The notes under the pieces are model-generated. The model was not told where the DNA came from. It saw only the letters and a list, made by a program, of their open reading frames with translations, and did no database searches. This document shows positions 30,890 through 38,190 of a DNA stretch of 41,559 bases, one piece after another (the stretch's first letter is position 1; each line of letters opens with the position of its first letter). This stretch comes from a virus. The DNA lies in the IMG/VR virus record IMGVR_UViG_3300045988_027176, positions 1 through 41,559 of that record. One strand, 5' to 3'. The translations under genes were made by a program, and so were the position numbers.

Positions 30890-31213
30890 TCAGCCCTCCC
30901 AATCAATCGCCTGTCCGCAATGCTCGCAGTATGTGATTTTCTTACCACCGCCGATAAATTCCCAATGTCCAAGGGCGTAATCACATGCGGGACAAATTGC
31001 TTCTTTCGTAGGCGTTCCCCATGTCCTGTCAACGCCGCTGTTCGGCGTCTTCGGAATCTGCTTGTCCAGCGCCTCACACGCCATAAGGCAAGCCTCGTCT
31101 ACCGCCTCCTGCAATTTCTCCTTGCCTTTGAAACCTCCTAAGAACTCGATCTCGGCAAGCGCTTCCCGCGTAGTGTCAGGGTGCAGGATTCGTTTTGCTG
31201 CTTTGTATGTCAT
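30890..31213 (-). CDS. Hypothetical protein with C-terminal zinc ribbon, 107 aa
   Basis: CPACD...CEHCG. ATGA-type overlap with the upstream gene. Confidence 0.5.
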   Translation of the reverse strand: MTYKAAKRILHPDTTREALAEIEFLGGFKGKEKLQEAVDEACLMACEALDKQIPKTPNSGVDRTWGTPTKEAICPACDYALGHWEFIGGGKKITYCEHCGQAIDWEG

Positions 31214-31905
31214 GTAATCAGCTCCTTTTCGTATTTGCAGAATGTCATGTCGCAGTCCTTCCTATCCGCGCACACGCTGCATCCGTGTCGGCGGGCAAAG
31301 TCGGCAAACTCGCTTTTCGGCGTCTTTTTGTCGCAGCCACAGGAGGTTTTTCTTCCTTTCCGTAAATCATGTCCGTATGCGGTTATCTCACGACCGCAGT
31401 CACAGCGGCAGTCAAAGACCGGGTGATTCAGCGCCATCGTTGCATCTTCATTCCGCCGCAGAACGACAAGCTTTCCAAACCGCTGACCGTCAAGGTTAAC
31501 ACGCTTTGAGCCTTTCGGCCCGCAGCCGCAGGATTTTCTTGTCCCGCGCAGCAGCTCTGCTGTCTGATAAACGACCTCCTTCCCGCATTCGCACAAGCAG
31601 CGCCAGCTTGCCATCCTTGCCGGGCCGAGAACGGTAAGCATCCCGAACACTTTCCCTGTCAGATCGTGCCGTGTCTTTTCCTTTCGTGCCTCTCGCATCA
31701 CTTCGGCCTTTTTCGGGCCACGTTCCTTTTTCAGGCACCCGCAGGATTGTGTAAGACCGGATTGCAGATTCTGACGCCGAACAATCGTCTCATTTCCGCA
31801 GTCGCACCGACAGCGCCAACAAGCATTCCCCTTTTCCGTTGTGTGGTCGTATCGGATGACCGTCAGGCGTCCGAAGCGCTGCCCGGTAAGGTCAATTCGT
31901 TTCAT
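31210..31905 (-). CDS. Protein made of three tandem ~70-aa zinc-ribbon modules
   Basis: Three repeats of L(T/D)GQRFG.L.V...W.C.C(D/E)CG.E......L..G...SCGC (MKRIDLTGQRFGRLTVI..., HDLTGKVFGMLTVL..., VNLDGQRFGKLVVL...). Confidence 0.6.
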   Translation of the reverse strand: MKRIDLTGQRFGRLTVIRYDHTTEKGNACWRCRCDCGNETIVRRQNLQSGLTQSCGCLKKERGPKKAEVMREARKEKTRHDLTGKVFGMLTVLGPARMASWRCLCECGKEVVYQTAELLRGTRKSCGCGPKGSKRVNLDGQRFGKLVVLRRNEDATMALNHPVFDCRCDCGREITAYGHDLRKGRKTSCGCDKKTPKSEFADFARRHGCSVCADRKDCDMTFCKYEKELIT

Positions 31906-32336
31906 CCGAGCCTCCGCTTGGCGTAGAGTGCCATGAGTAAAGATTCCGCCATTCCGTCATGCTCCTTGCGGCAGCCCGGCGGAATCAAATTCACGCCGGG
32001 GAAAAGCCGCTTGCAGACCTCTATGGACGTGTTCTTGTCCGCCGTGACGGAAAATTCCTTCTTCCACTTCTGAGGGCGGACGAGCTCATACGGTATCTCG
32101 TATGCTTCCAGCATCCCTTGCAGCCACCCGAAGCCCTCGCCGAAGTGGAACATAGAGGTCACTCCCTGCCCCGGCATGGCGCTGACGTGCTCTAAGCAGC
32201 ACACCGCCTTTTCCCCGCGAAGATCGGATAGGCCGCAGCGGTAGGTGTCTCGGTCGTACCGGAACGTCTGGACTTCCTCACCCTGCAGAATGGCGAGGCC
32301 GCCGTTCTTGCCGGGGTCTATGCCGATGTAGATCAT
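31902..32336 (-). CDS. RuvC-like Holliday junction resolvase
   Basis: MIYIGIDPGKNGGLAIL is the catalytic-Asp opening motif of phage and Gram-positive RuvC-like resolvases. 144 aa. Confidence 0.7.
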   Translation of the reverse strand: MIYIGIDPGKNGGLAILQGEEVQTFRYDRDTYRCGLSDLRGEKAVCCLEHVSAMPGQGVTSMFHFGEGFGWLQGMLEAYEIPYELVRPQKWKKEFSVTADKNTSIEVCKRLFPGVNLIPPGCRKEHDGMAESLLMALYAKRRLG

Positions 32337-33424
32337 TCTTCCGCCTCTACGATCTCGCCGTTGCGGAGAGTGTAAAATACATCCGCCTTGATGATCTCAC
32401 CATCCACCTGGTACGACTTAACGCAGATGCAAGGGTATCCATCGCCGTCCCATTCGCCGTACTCGGCGAGAGTACACCATGTACCAACGGGAGCCTTGAT
32501 CTTCCCGCGCTTGCCGATAGCCGCCGCGACGCCGTGGACATTCTCGATCACAATTCTTGCGTCATCGCCGGAACTGCCGATCTGCGCGTATCTGCCGGAA
32601 CTGCCGATCTGCGCGTATCTGCCGGAACTGCCGATCTTCGCGTCATCGCCGGAACTGCCGATCTTCGCGTATCTGCCGGAACTGCCGATCTTCGCGTCAT
32701 CGCCGGAACTGCCGATCTGCGCGTATCTGCCGGAACTGCCGATCTTCGCGTCATCGCCGGAACTGCCGATCTGCGCGTATCTGCCGGAACTGCCGATCTG
32801 CGCGGCATCGCCGGAACTGCCGATCTGCGCGGCATCGCCGGAACTGCCGATCTGCGCGGAATCGCCGGAACTGCCGATCTTCGCGTCATCGCCGGAACTG
32901 CCGATCTGCGCGGCATAGCCGGAACTGCCGATCTTCGCGGCATCGCCGGAACTGCCGATCTTCGCGTATCTGCCGGAACTGCCGATCTGCGCGTATCTGC
33001 CGGAACTGCCGATCTGCGCGGCATCGCCGGAACTGCCGATCTGCGCGGCATCGGAAACGTCAACGTCCTCCGGCTTCGGCATTTTCTTAATCGTTTTCTC
33101 AAAAAGAAAATCAACGCACGCCTGAATAAAGCCGGAAAAGCCAAGCTTTGCGCCGATTTTAATCGTGCTGGTTGCGAATTTCTTGTCGTCATCCGTTACC
33201 GGAGGATAGATGGCTTCCACGGTTGTAAAGTCGCTGAACTGTCCGTCCGGTCGGACAAGCGGGTAATGGTCTAAAACGTCGAACGGATTAACACAGTAGT
33301 GTGTTACGCCCGGAACGCAGATGCCGTGACCGGATTTTTTGTAAACCGTGTTCTCTTCGTATTTGTGTCCACGGCAGATCAAGCCGGGTTCATAGGCTTT
33401 AAAGCCGTGCATATTATCGCTCAT
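32333..33424 (-). CDS. DUF7666-like protein with 18 tandem nonapeptide repeats
   Basis: The N-terminus FKAYEPGLICRGHKYEENTVY...GVTHYCVNPFDVLDHYP resembles, from memory, the DUF7666 family. The centre is 18 units of x-x-A-(Q/K)-I-G-S-S-G. Confidence 0.6.
   Translation of the reverse strand: MSDNMHGFKAYEPGLICRGHKYEENTVYKKSGHGICVPGVTHYCVNPFDVLDHYPLVRPDGQFSDFTTVEAIYPPVTDDDKKFATSTIKIGAKLGFSGFIQACVDFLFEKTIKKMPKPEDVDVSDAAQIGSSGDAAQIGSSGRYAQIGSSGRYAKIGSSGDAAKIGSSGYAAQIGSSGDDAKIGSSGDSAQIGSSGDAAQIGSSGDAAQIGSSGRYAQIGSSGDDAKIGSSGRYAQIGSSGDDAKIGSSGRYAKIGSSGDDAKIGSSGRYAQIGSSGRYAQIGSSGDDARIVIENVHGVAAAIGKRGKIKAPVGTWCTLAEYGEWDGDGYPCICVKSYQVDGEIIKADVFYTLRNGEIVEAEE
32567..33052. repeat. 27-bp tandem repeat x18 (coding)
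   Basis: The unit gccggaactgccgatct(g/t)cgcg plus a 5-nt variable tail (tatct, tcatc, gcatc, gaatc, gcata) repeats 18 times with an exact 27-nt period (32567 + 17 x 27 = 33026). Confidence 0.95.
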
Positions 33425-34092
33425 GGTCTTTCCTCCTCGTTTGGTTTATTTTTAAGATTTGCCAGAAGCCTTTCGAGACGGTCTATGTCATCTCCATGCG
33501 GGGCGGAAACTGTTTTCTTTGGCGCTTCCGGCTCGTCCTTGAGCGGGAAAACACCCTGCCAGCCTCGCTGGATGCTCTGGTTGAGTATGGCGATCTTCTT
33601 CTCGTCATCGCCGGGTGCGAGCTTTTCCAGTTCGGAAAGCGTGAGAGCAAGGGCGCGGTCGGTAAGCGGTTTGCGCATCTTTTTCCGCATTTCGGCAAAA
33701 TCGTTCAAAGCCGCATCCAGCGCGGAAGCGCCTTTATGTTTTTCCTCGTCAGAGGTAAAACATCTGTCTTTGTCTTTGTCTTTGTCCTTGTCCTTGTCCT
33801 TGTCCTTGGGGGGCGTTCGGGGGCGTTCGGGGGCGTTCGGGGGCGAATGCCCCCCACCCTTTTCTCCGTTCTCGCGGTTTCGCGCGCATTTGGCGTTGTA
33901 TTTCTCAATGTCCCTATCGATCTGCGACCTCATGCCGGGGAAGACAAAGCGTTCATTACCGCGGAGTTCCGGAGCTGCGCCGGTCGCGCTGTATTCTAGC
34001 AGCGCCCTGAACAGTCTCCCGCACTCCGCGTCATTCAGCGCTTCCATGGTGTCGAGGTAGCTGTGATAGGCATTGAAGCTCTCTAGTGCCAT
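33421..34092 (-). CDS. Replisome-organizer-like replication protein (DUF6291-like N-terminus, phage conserved C-terminal domain)
   Basis: The N-terminus F.AYHSYLDTMEALNDAECGRLFRALLEYSATG and the C-terminus ...F.EMRKKMRKPLTDRALALTLSELEKL......ILNQSIQRGWQGVF match patterns I associate with phage replication organizer proteins. The central linker contains (KD)7. Confidence 0.5.
   Translation of the reverse strand: MALESFNAYHSYLDTMEALNDAECGRLFRALLEYSATGAAPELRGNERFVFPGMRSQIDRDIEKYNAKCARNRENGEKGGGHSPPNAPERPRTPPKDKDKDKDKDKDKDRCFTSDEEKHKGASALDAALNDFAEMRKKMRKPLTDRALALTLSELEKLAPGDDEKKIAILNQSIQRGWQGVFPLKDEPEAPKKTVSAPHGDDIDRLERLLANLKNKPNEEERP
33766..33854. repeat. Microsatellite and iteron block inside the replication gene
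   Basis: (gtcttt)3(gtcctt)4 at 33766-33807. Then gggggcgttc x3 at 33809-33838 with an exact 10-bp period. Then the palindrome gggggc-gaat-gccccc at 33839-33854. Confidence 0.9.
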
Positions 34093-34104
34093 TGTGCGCC
34101 TCCG

Positions 34105-34485
34105 TTAAAACGGAAGCTGTCCGTCATCCTCGACCGGCTCCAAGCTCGCCGCCCGTTCGTAGGCTTCCTTCTGGTCGGGCTTCTTGCCGCCGCAGAAACT
34201 GACTTCTTCGGCAACGATCTCCGTTGACCGGCGGGCGTTGCCGTTCTTGTCCGTCCAGTCGCGGTTCTGAATGCGCCCGCGGACGCAGATCATGTCGCCC
34301 TTGGAAAACCACTTGGATACAAACTCGCCGGTCTCACGCCATGCGGTAATGTCGAAGAAGTCCGTGCCCTCCTTGAAGCGGTCAACGGCGATCGCAAACG
34401 ACGCGACCGGCGTGTTGTTCGCCGTGTAACGCTTCTCCGGGTCTCGTGTAAGGCGTCCCATGAGGACGCATGTGTTCATTGCCAT
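34105..34485 (-). CDS. ssb: Single-stranded DNA-binding protein
   Basis: OB-fold opening NTCVLMGRLTRDPEKRYT.....ASFAIAV and an acidic C-terminal tip DDGQLPF. Confidence 0.9.
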   Translation of the reverse strand: MAMNTCVLMGRLTRDPEKRYTANNTPVASFAIAVDRFKEGTDFFDITAWRETGEFVSKWFSKGDMICVRGRIQNRDWTDKNGNARRSTEIVAEEVSFCGGKKPDQKEAYERAASLEPVEDDGQLPF

Positions 34486-34808
34486 CTTGGATTATCCTTT
34501 CGGTAGATTAAATTTTTTTCGTCCCAATCGTGATAGAAGATTTTCAGATAGTCGCGGAAGTATCGGTACATTTCCTCCCGCGTTTCTTTTGGGCCGCTGT
34601 CAAATTGGTAGTGGCACGCCGGGCATAACGTCAGTATGTTTTCTTCGATTCCCGCACCGCCGTGTGATCGCCGGATGAAATGCGCATTAGGGGCTGCATT
34701 GAGTGAGTGGCAGTAAACGCAGCAGTGGTTGTCGCGCTCCCAAACGCGCTCTTTGACAGCCTTTGGAATGGCGCACGCTTTAGCGCGTTTGCTTGAGATT
34801 CTTTTCAC
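34476..34808 (-). CDS. HNH endonuclease
   Basis: CVYCHS...NAHFIRRSHGG...ENILTLCPACH (HNH with flanking Cys pairs). I place the start at GTG 34808 (RBS gggagg plus 6 nt). Confidence 0.8.
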   Translation of the reverse strand: MKRISSKRAKACAIPKAVKERVWERDNHCCVYCHSLNAAPNAHFIRRSHGGAGIEENILTLCPACHYQFDSGPKETREEMYRYFRDYLKIFYHDWDEKNLIYRKDNPRWQ

Positions 34809-35313
34809 GTTTTTCCTCCCATTCCCCGAGCAGGGCGGTGAGCTTGTCCGGCGGCATGGTCTCGATACCAACGGCCTTGGCGTCCTGAATCAGGTTGTCT
34901 ATAAGGCGGCTCATCGTGGAGCGGGAAAAGACCGAAGAGCCGTAATAGAGGATCACATTCACGCAGTCGGGGATCTTGGATGCTGTGACGTCAGATTGCC
35001 AGCCGAGGCCGTTTGATGCCCAGACTTGCCGCAGCTCTTCCGCCGCCGCTGACTGGATGCAGACGATCTTCATGTTGCCGCCAACGTCGCGGACGGCGCG
35101 GCGGTAGACTTCGGACGCCGGAACGCCGGTAGCTTTGGCGAGCTTGTCGATCAATGTCCAGGCATAAGCGTTCGCGTCGAGGCTGCGGAGGGATTTCTTC
35201 ACATTGATCTCGTATTCCCCCGGCGTGAACGCGTAGGCAAAATGCCTCGCGTCCACGTCCGCGGTATGGAGCTTGAGATAGCCGCCCTCCCAGATTGCCT
35301 TGTCAACCTTCAC
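34780..35313 (-). CDS. NinB/Orf-like recombination mediator
   Basis: SLRSLDANAYAWTLIDKL and ...GSSVFSRSTMSRLIDNLIQDAKAVGIET parallel, from memory, lambda NinB (RSLDQNRKLWACLGDV and GQSTSRMRVGEFAELLELIQAFG). Adjacent to the SSAP gene. Confidence 0.5.
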   Translation of the reverse strand: MKVDKAIWEGGYLKLHTADVDARHFAYAFTPGEYEINVKKSLRSLDANAYAWTLIDKLAKATGVPASEVYRRAVRDVGGNMKIVCIQSAAAEELRQVWASNGLGWQSDVTASKIPDCVNVILYYGSSVFSRSTMSRLIDNLIQDAKAVGIETMPPDKLTALLGEWEEKREKNLKQTR

Positions 35314-35942
35314 AGACGATCACCAGCGTCTTCGTGATTAAGGGCCTGTGCCTGTTCTTCGAGCTTCTCCATATTGAACGCCTTTTTCTGGCAGTCAGGA
35401 CAAAGGATACGGTCAAAACGGCGGAGGGAGTATTCCGCCATGTCGGACACGCTCCACATCGTACCGTCGCGCTTTTTGATCGGGTAGAGCATTCCGCCGC
35501 AATCGGCGCACTTTGGAGCGGGAACGGCTGTGGGCTTCTCTTCCGGCGCTTCGCTTTCCGGCAGATCCTCCCCGGCGTAGATGTAAAGACCGAGCCCGTG
35601 ACGGGCGACAGCCTTGGTAAGGCTGCGCTGGATCGCCTTGTTTACGTCGAAGCTCGTGACCTGCTCGACCGGAATGGAGCGATTCTTGAAGTCCATAACG
35701 GGGAGGTATTCGATGTGCTCAACGCCGTTCACGGTAACGCCGGTTTTGACCCAGCACGTTTTCCCGTCGGTGTGATAGAAGAGGCCGTCCGCGTTCTCGT
35801 AGATCGTGTACGTCGCATCGGGGTGCAGCTTCTTGACCTCGCCCCATGCCCAGGCCCATGAGAGGTAGGTGAGGCCGTTCTTCTTCTCCGTCTTGCCGTT
35901 GACGTTGATGTTGTTCAGCTCAACAAAATAGTTCTCGCTCAT
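35310..35942 (-). CDS. sak: Sak-type (Rad52-like, DUF1071) single-strand annealing protein with C-terminal zinc ribbon
   Basis: NGLTYLSWAWAWGEVKKLHP...HGLGLYIYAGEDLP are the hallmark motifs. C-terminal CADCGG...CPDC. Confidence 0.75.
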   Translation of the reverse strand: MSENYFVELNNINVNGKTEKKNGLTYLSWAWAWGEVKKLHPDATYTIYENADGLFYHTDGKTCWVKTGVTVNGVEHIEYLPVMDFKNRSIPVEQVTSFDVNKAIQRSLTKAVARHGLGLYIYAGEDLPESEAPEEKPTAVPAPKCADCGGMLYPIKKRDGTMWSVSDMAEYSLRRFDRILCPDCQKKAFNMEKLEEQAQALNHEDAGDRL

Positions 35943-36187
35943 TCCGCCGCCTCCTTTGCCTCCGCGAGCTTCTTCCGGAAATCGTCAAGCTCGGCGCGCA
36001 GGGCGATATTCTCCGTGCGCATCTTCCAGTAGTCATCCGCGAGACGCGCCGCGTCGTTTTTTCCTGCTCTATCTACGAGCTCGCGGTATTCAGCGACTGT
36101 GATCCCGACGGTAAACATTGCCGTGCTCTCGCCGGTCTTTTCGTCAACGACGAAGCCGGTGTCAAATTCGTTCTTGTAGTAAGCCAT
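35939..36187 (-). CDS. Hypothetical protein, 82 aa
   Basis: RBS ggaaaggaac. ATGA overlap with the sak gene downstream. Confidence 0.5.
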   Translation of the reverse strand: MAYYKNEFDTGFVVDEKTGESTAMFTVGITVAEYRELVDRAGKNDAARLADDYWKMRTENIALRAELDDFRKKLAEAKEAAE

Positions 36188-36546
36188 TATTCAAGTTCCT
36201 TTCCATCAAAAATTTCGTTTAATGCTTTGATCTCTTCTTTGTCAAAATTACAGATTAAAAGCTCGTGGAAGCGGTCGCGGAGGTTCTGGGCGCAGTCGTC
36301 GCAGTAGATTCCCTCGGCGTACCGTCCGCACAAGGGGCATTTATTCCCCCATTCGATACGGTCAGACCCGCAGGTAGGGCAGCGCTCCCAGCCGTATCCC
36401 TCGTCGGCATAGACGACGGGGTAGAATCCGTCCTCGCCGCAGTCACGGCAGCGGCACGTTCTGGACACTTGACAAATCCGCCTCCTTTGCGGTAGAATTT
36501 GAAGCAAGGTTGTTTTTCCTGTAAGCGTCGTCGGTGTCATCTCCAC
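36187..36546 (-). CDS. Cys-rich zinc-ribbon protein (start uncertain)
   Basis: CRCRDCG...CPTCG...CPLCG...CDDC. The first ~30 codons overlap the upstream gene, so the true start is probably internal (a GTG near 36463, after aaaggagg). Confidence 0.45.
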   Translation of the reverse strand: MEMTPTTLTGKTTLLQILPQRRRICQVSRTCRCRDCGEDGFYPVVYADEGYGWERCPTCGSDRIEWGNKCPLCGRYAEGIYCDDCAQNLRDRFHELLICNFDKEEIKALNEIFDGKELE

Positions 36547-36901
36547 CGGCGGCGCTTTCGCCTTTTTCCGCCCATGTGGTGGAACATTCAGACTGCGCTA
36601 GCCATGCAAGGACGAGCGATTCCAAAAACGTCTGCATGGATGCGATGCCGTTTCTTTCCAGCGCCTGTTTAACGCGCTGTGCGGTACTTTCGGTCAGGCG
36701 GCACTGTAAGCGTATGGGCTTAACTCGGCGCGGTCTGCGGGGCTTTCGCTGCGTAACGGCGTCGTAAATTTCCTGCGCACGTGCACAGAATTTCACGCCG
36801 TAATCGTTCGTGTGAAGCGCCATGCTCACCGTTCCCTTGTTGGCTTTCGGGAACTCTTCCCGGAGGGCGGCGGCGATGGCCGTGCAACGTGTGTCGTTCA
36901 A
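36443..36901 (-). CDS. Hypothetical protein, 152 aa
   Basis: TTG start with RBS gaggagg. No motif recognised with confidence. Confidence 0.45.
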   Translation of the reverse strand: MNDTRCTAIAAALREEFPKANKGTVSMALHTNDYGVKFCARAQEIYDAVTQRKPRRPRRVKPIRLQCRLTESTAQRVKQALERNGIASMQTFLESLVLAWLAQSECSTTWAEKGESAAGGDDTDDAYRKNNLASNSTAKEADLSSVQNVPLP

Positions 36902-37116
36902 TGCCGTCCTCCTCTCTGCATGATCGACGTGTCCGGCATTTGAAGCCAGCGGCAGCAGTCATCGGCGAGGCTCGAAAAGCCGTAGACCGCGAAGATGCCC
37001 TCGATGACGGCAAAGCCGAGACCGTTATATTTTCCGAATTTCCAGACGAAGAAGATCACAAGCGCCAGAAGCGTCATGATCGCGGTGGTGGCGAACGTAG
37101 CCTTTCGTTTTGTCAT
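36898..37116 (-). CDS. Small two-TM membrane protein, 72 aa (start MTKRKATF)
   Basis: RBS aggaaaaacaacc before the ATG at 37116. TM helices AIMTLLALVIFFVW and GFAVIEGIFAVYGF. Confidence 0.5.
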   Translation of the reverse strand: MTKRKATFATTAIMTLLALVIFFVWKFGKYNGLGFAVIEGIFAVYGFSSLADDCCRWLQMPDTSIMQRGGRH

Positions 37117-37127
37117 GGTTGTTTTTC

Positions 37128-37316
37128 CTACTTTCTGCGGCGGTTGGCCGCTTTTTGTACTCTCTTTGTGATGTCGATGGTGTAATCGGCAATCGGGTGC
37201 AGCTTTGTCCGCTCTTCCCGCCGGGCTTCGCATCCGGCCTTAAATTCTGCGTACCGGGGGCAGGATGCGTGGCAGCCGACGAAGCGCTCGGAACAGTCCT
37301 TACACGGGGCTGTCAT
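37128..37316 (-). CDS. Cys-rich small protein, 62 aa
   Basis: RBS aaggagagg. CKDC...CHASC. Confidence 0.5.
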   Translation of the reverse strand: MTAPCKDCSERFVGCHASCPRYAEFKAGCEARREERTKLHPIADYTIDITKRVQKAANRRRK

Positions 37317-37428
37317 CTGGTGTCCTCTCCTTTTTGCGTTGGTTCAAGGGCTCAACGGTGACGTTGAAGTATTTCGCATAAGTCTGCCAAACAATAGCGG
37401 CAAAGCGCTCGCCGTCCGCTACCGTCAT
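37300..37428 (-). CDS. Hypothetical small protein, 42 aa (start MTVADGER)
   Basis: The ATG lies 1 nt after the Cro-like gene's stop. The upstream extension in the track overlaps that gene. Confidence 0.35.
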   Translation of the reverse strand: MTVADGERFAAIVWQTYAKYFNVTVEPLNQRKKERTPDDSPV

Positions 37429-37429
37429 T

Positions 37430-37642
37430 TCAGTCTGCACCGTTTCCCCTCCGTTCCTTGATGATCTCATCGACAGCCGCCTCAAGTTTTGCGCGTCCAT
37501 TGCTTGGGCTTCGCTGACCATTCAGGATCATGCTGACATACGCCTTGTGGTAGCCGAGCCGATTGGCAAGCTCCGTGTTCGTGATGCCGTTGTTATGCAT
37601 CTTGCCGATCAGCCGACCCGTCCATGCTTCGGGAAGATTCAC
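37430..37642 (-). CDS. Cro-like XRE-family HTH regulator, first gene of the leftward early operon
   Basis: 70 aa, GTG start with RBS gggggtga. ITNTELANRLGYHKAYVSMILNGQRSPS is an XRE HTH. Divergent from the CI-like gene. Confidence 0.75.
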   Translation of the reverse strand: MNLPEAWTGRLIGKMHNNGITNTELANRLGYHKAYVSMILNGQRSPSNGRAKLEAAVDEIIKERRGNGAD

Positions 37643-37677
37643 TTTTTCACCCCCATCAAATTATTTTGATTTGATAG

Positions 37678-37706
37678 TTGCAAAAGTTAACACCGTCTGC
37701 TATAAT
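37678..37706 (+). promoter_or_regulatory. Rightward promoter TTGCAA-17-TATAAT (candidate repressor-maintenance promoter)
   Basis: ttgcaaaagttaacaccgtctgctataat. The inverted repeat atcaaa-ttat-tttgat and the direct repeat ttgat ttgat lie just upstream (37655-37675). Confidence 0.6.
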
Positions 37707-37760
37707 GAAATTGCACTTACAAAACAGCAGAAACGGGGCGCGAAAGCAACTGCGCTTTAT

Positions 37761-37839
37761 TAACTTCGCTAACCATGATTGCATTATAACCCATGACGTT
37801 ATTGAAGTAAACATCTTTTTGCTAACTTCGGTAACTTCG
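37761..37839. promoter_or_regulatory. Repeated TAACTTCG(C/G)TAAC operator-like sites flanking the leftward promoter
   Basis: taacttcgctaac at 37761-37773 and taacttcggtaac at 37823-37835. The second overlaps a third taacttcg at 37832-37839. Confidence 0.55.
37783..37811 (-). promoter_or_regulatory. Leftward promoter TTTACT-17-TATAAT (candidate early lytic promoter)
   Basis: The minus strand reads gTTTACTtcaataacgtcatgggtTATAATgc. Confidence 0.5.
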
Positions 37840-37869
37840 GCATTCTAAACAAAAAGGCAGGGGTGTTTT

Positions 37870-38190
37870 ATGGCGTTTTACCAACAGTTTATTAAGTTAT
37901 GTAATACCACCGGAATATCGCCATCCCGCGCAGCATTAAACGCCGGACTTTCTAAAACATCTGTAAATGGATGGAAAAGAGGGCAAACGCCAACCGACAA
38001 GAACATTGCGAAACTCGCAGAGGTGTTTAATGTTCCTGTTTCCTACTTTGACGAAAAAGAAGAAAAGCTCCCTGTCGATACCGACAAAGAGCTTTCCCCT
38101 AAGTATTCTGATTGGCAAATTTTAGCCGCCTACGAAAAGGCGGACGACAATGTTAAGGAAGCAATCCTGCTTCTTCTAAAATTAAGGTGA
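37870..38190 (+). CDS. CI-like XRE-family repressor
   Basis: 106 aa. ISPSRAALNAGLSKTSVNGWKRGQTPTDKNIAKLAEVFNVPVSYF is an XRE HTH with a C-terminal extension. Divergent from the Cro-like gene. Confidence 0.8.
   Translation: MAFYQQFIKLCNTTGISPSRAALNAGLSKTSVNGWKRGQTPTDKNIAKLAEVFNVPVSYFDEKEEKLPVDTDKELSPKYSDWQILAAYEKADDNVKEAILLLLKLR

Noticed and set aside
32567-33052. Regular short repeats that could look like a CRISPR array.
   Set aside because: The units are contiguous, with an exact 27-nt period and no spacers. They lie in frame within a coding sequence, and there are no cas genes.
32388-33274. Four long ORFs (32388-32918 +, 32534-33274 +, 32557-33090 +, 32548-33192 -) with monotonous repeat translations (PELPICAYL..., GTADLRV..., RRNCRSAR..., RRSAVPAM...).
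   Set aside because: They exist only because the 27-bp tandem repeat has no stop codon in any frame. They have no RBS and no non-repeat domains. They overlap the well-supported 32333-33424 gene, which has proper N- and C-terminal domains and operon coupling.
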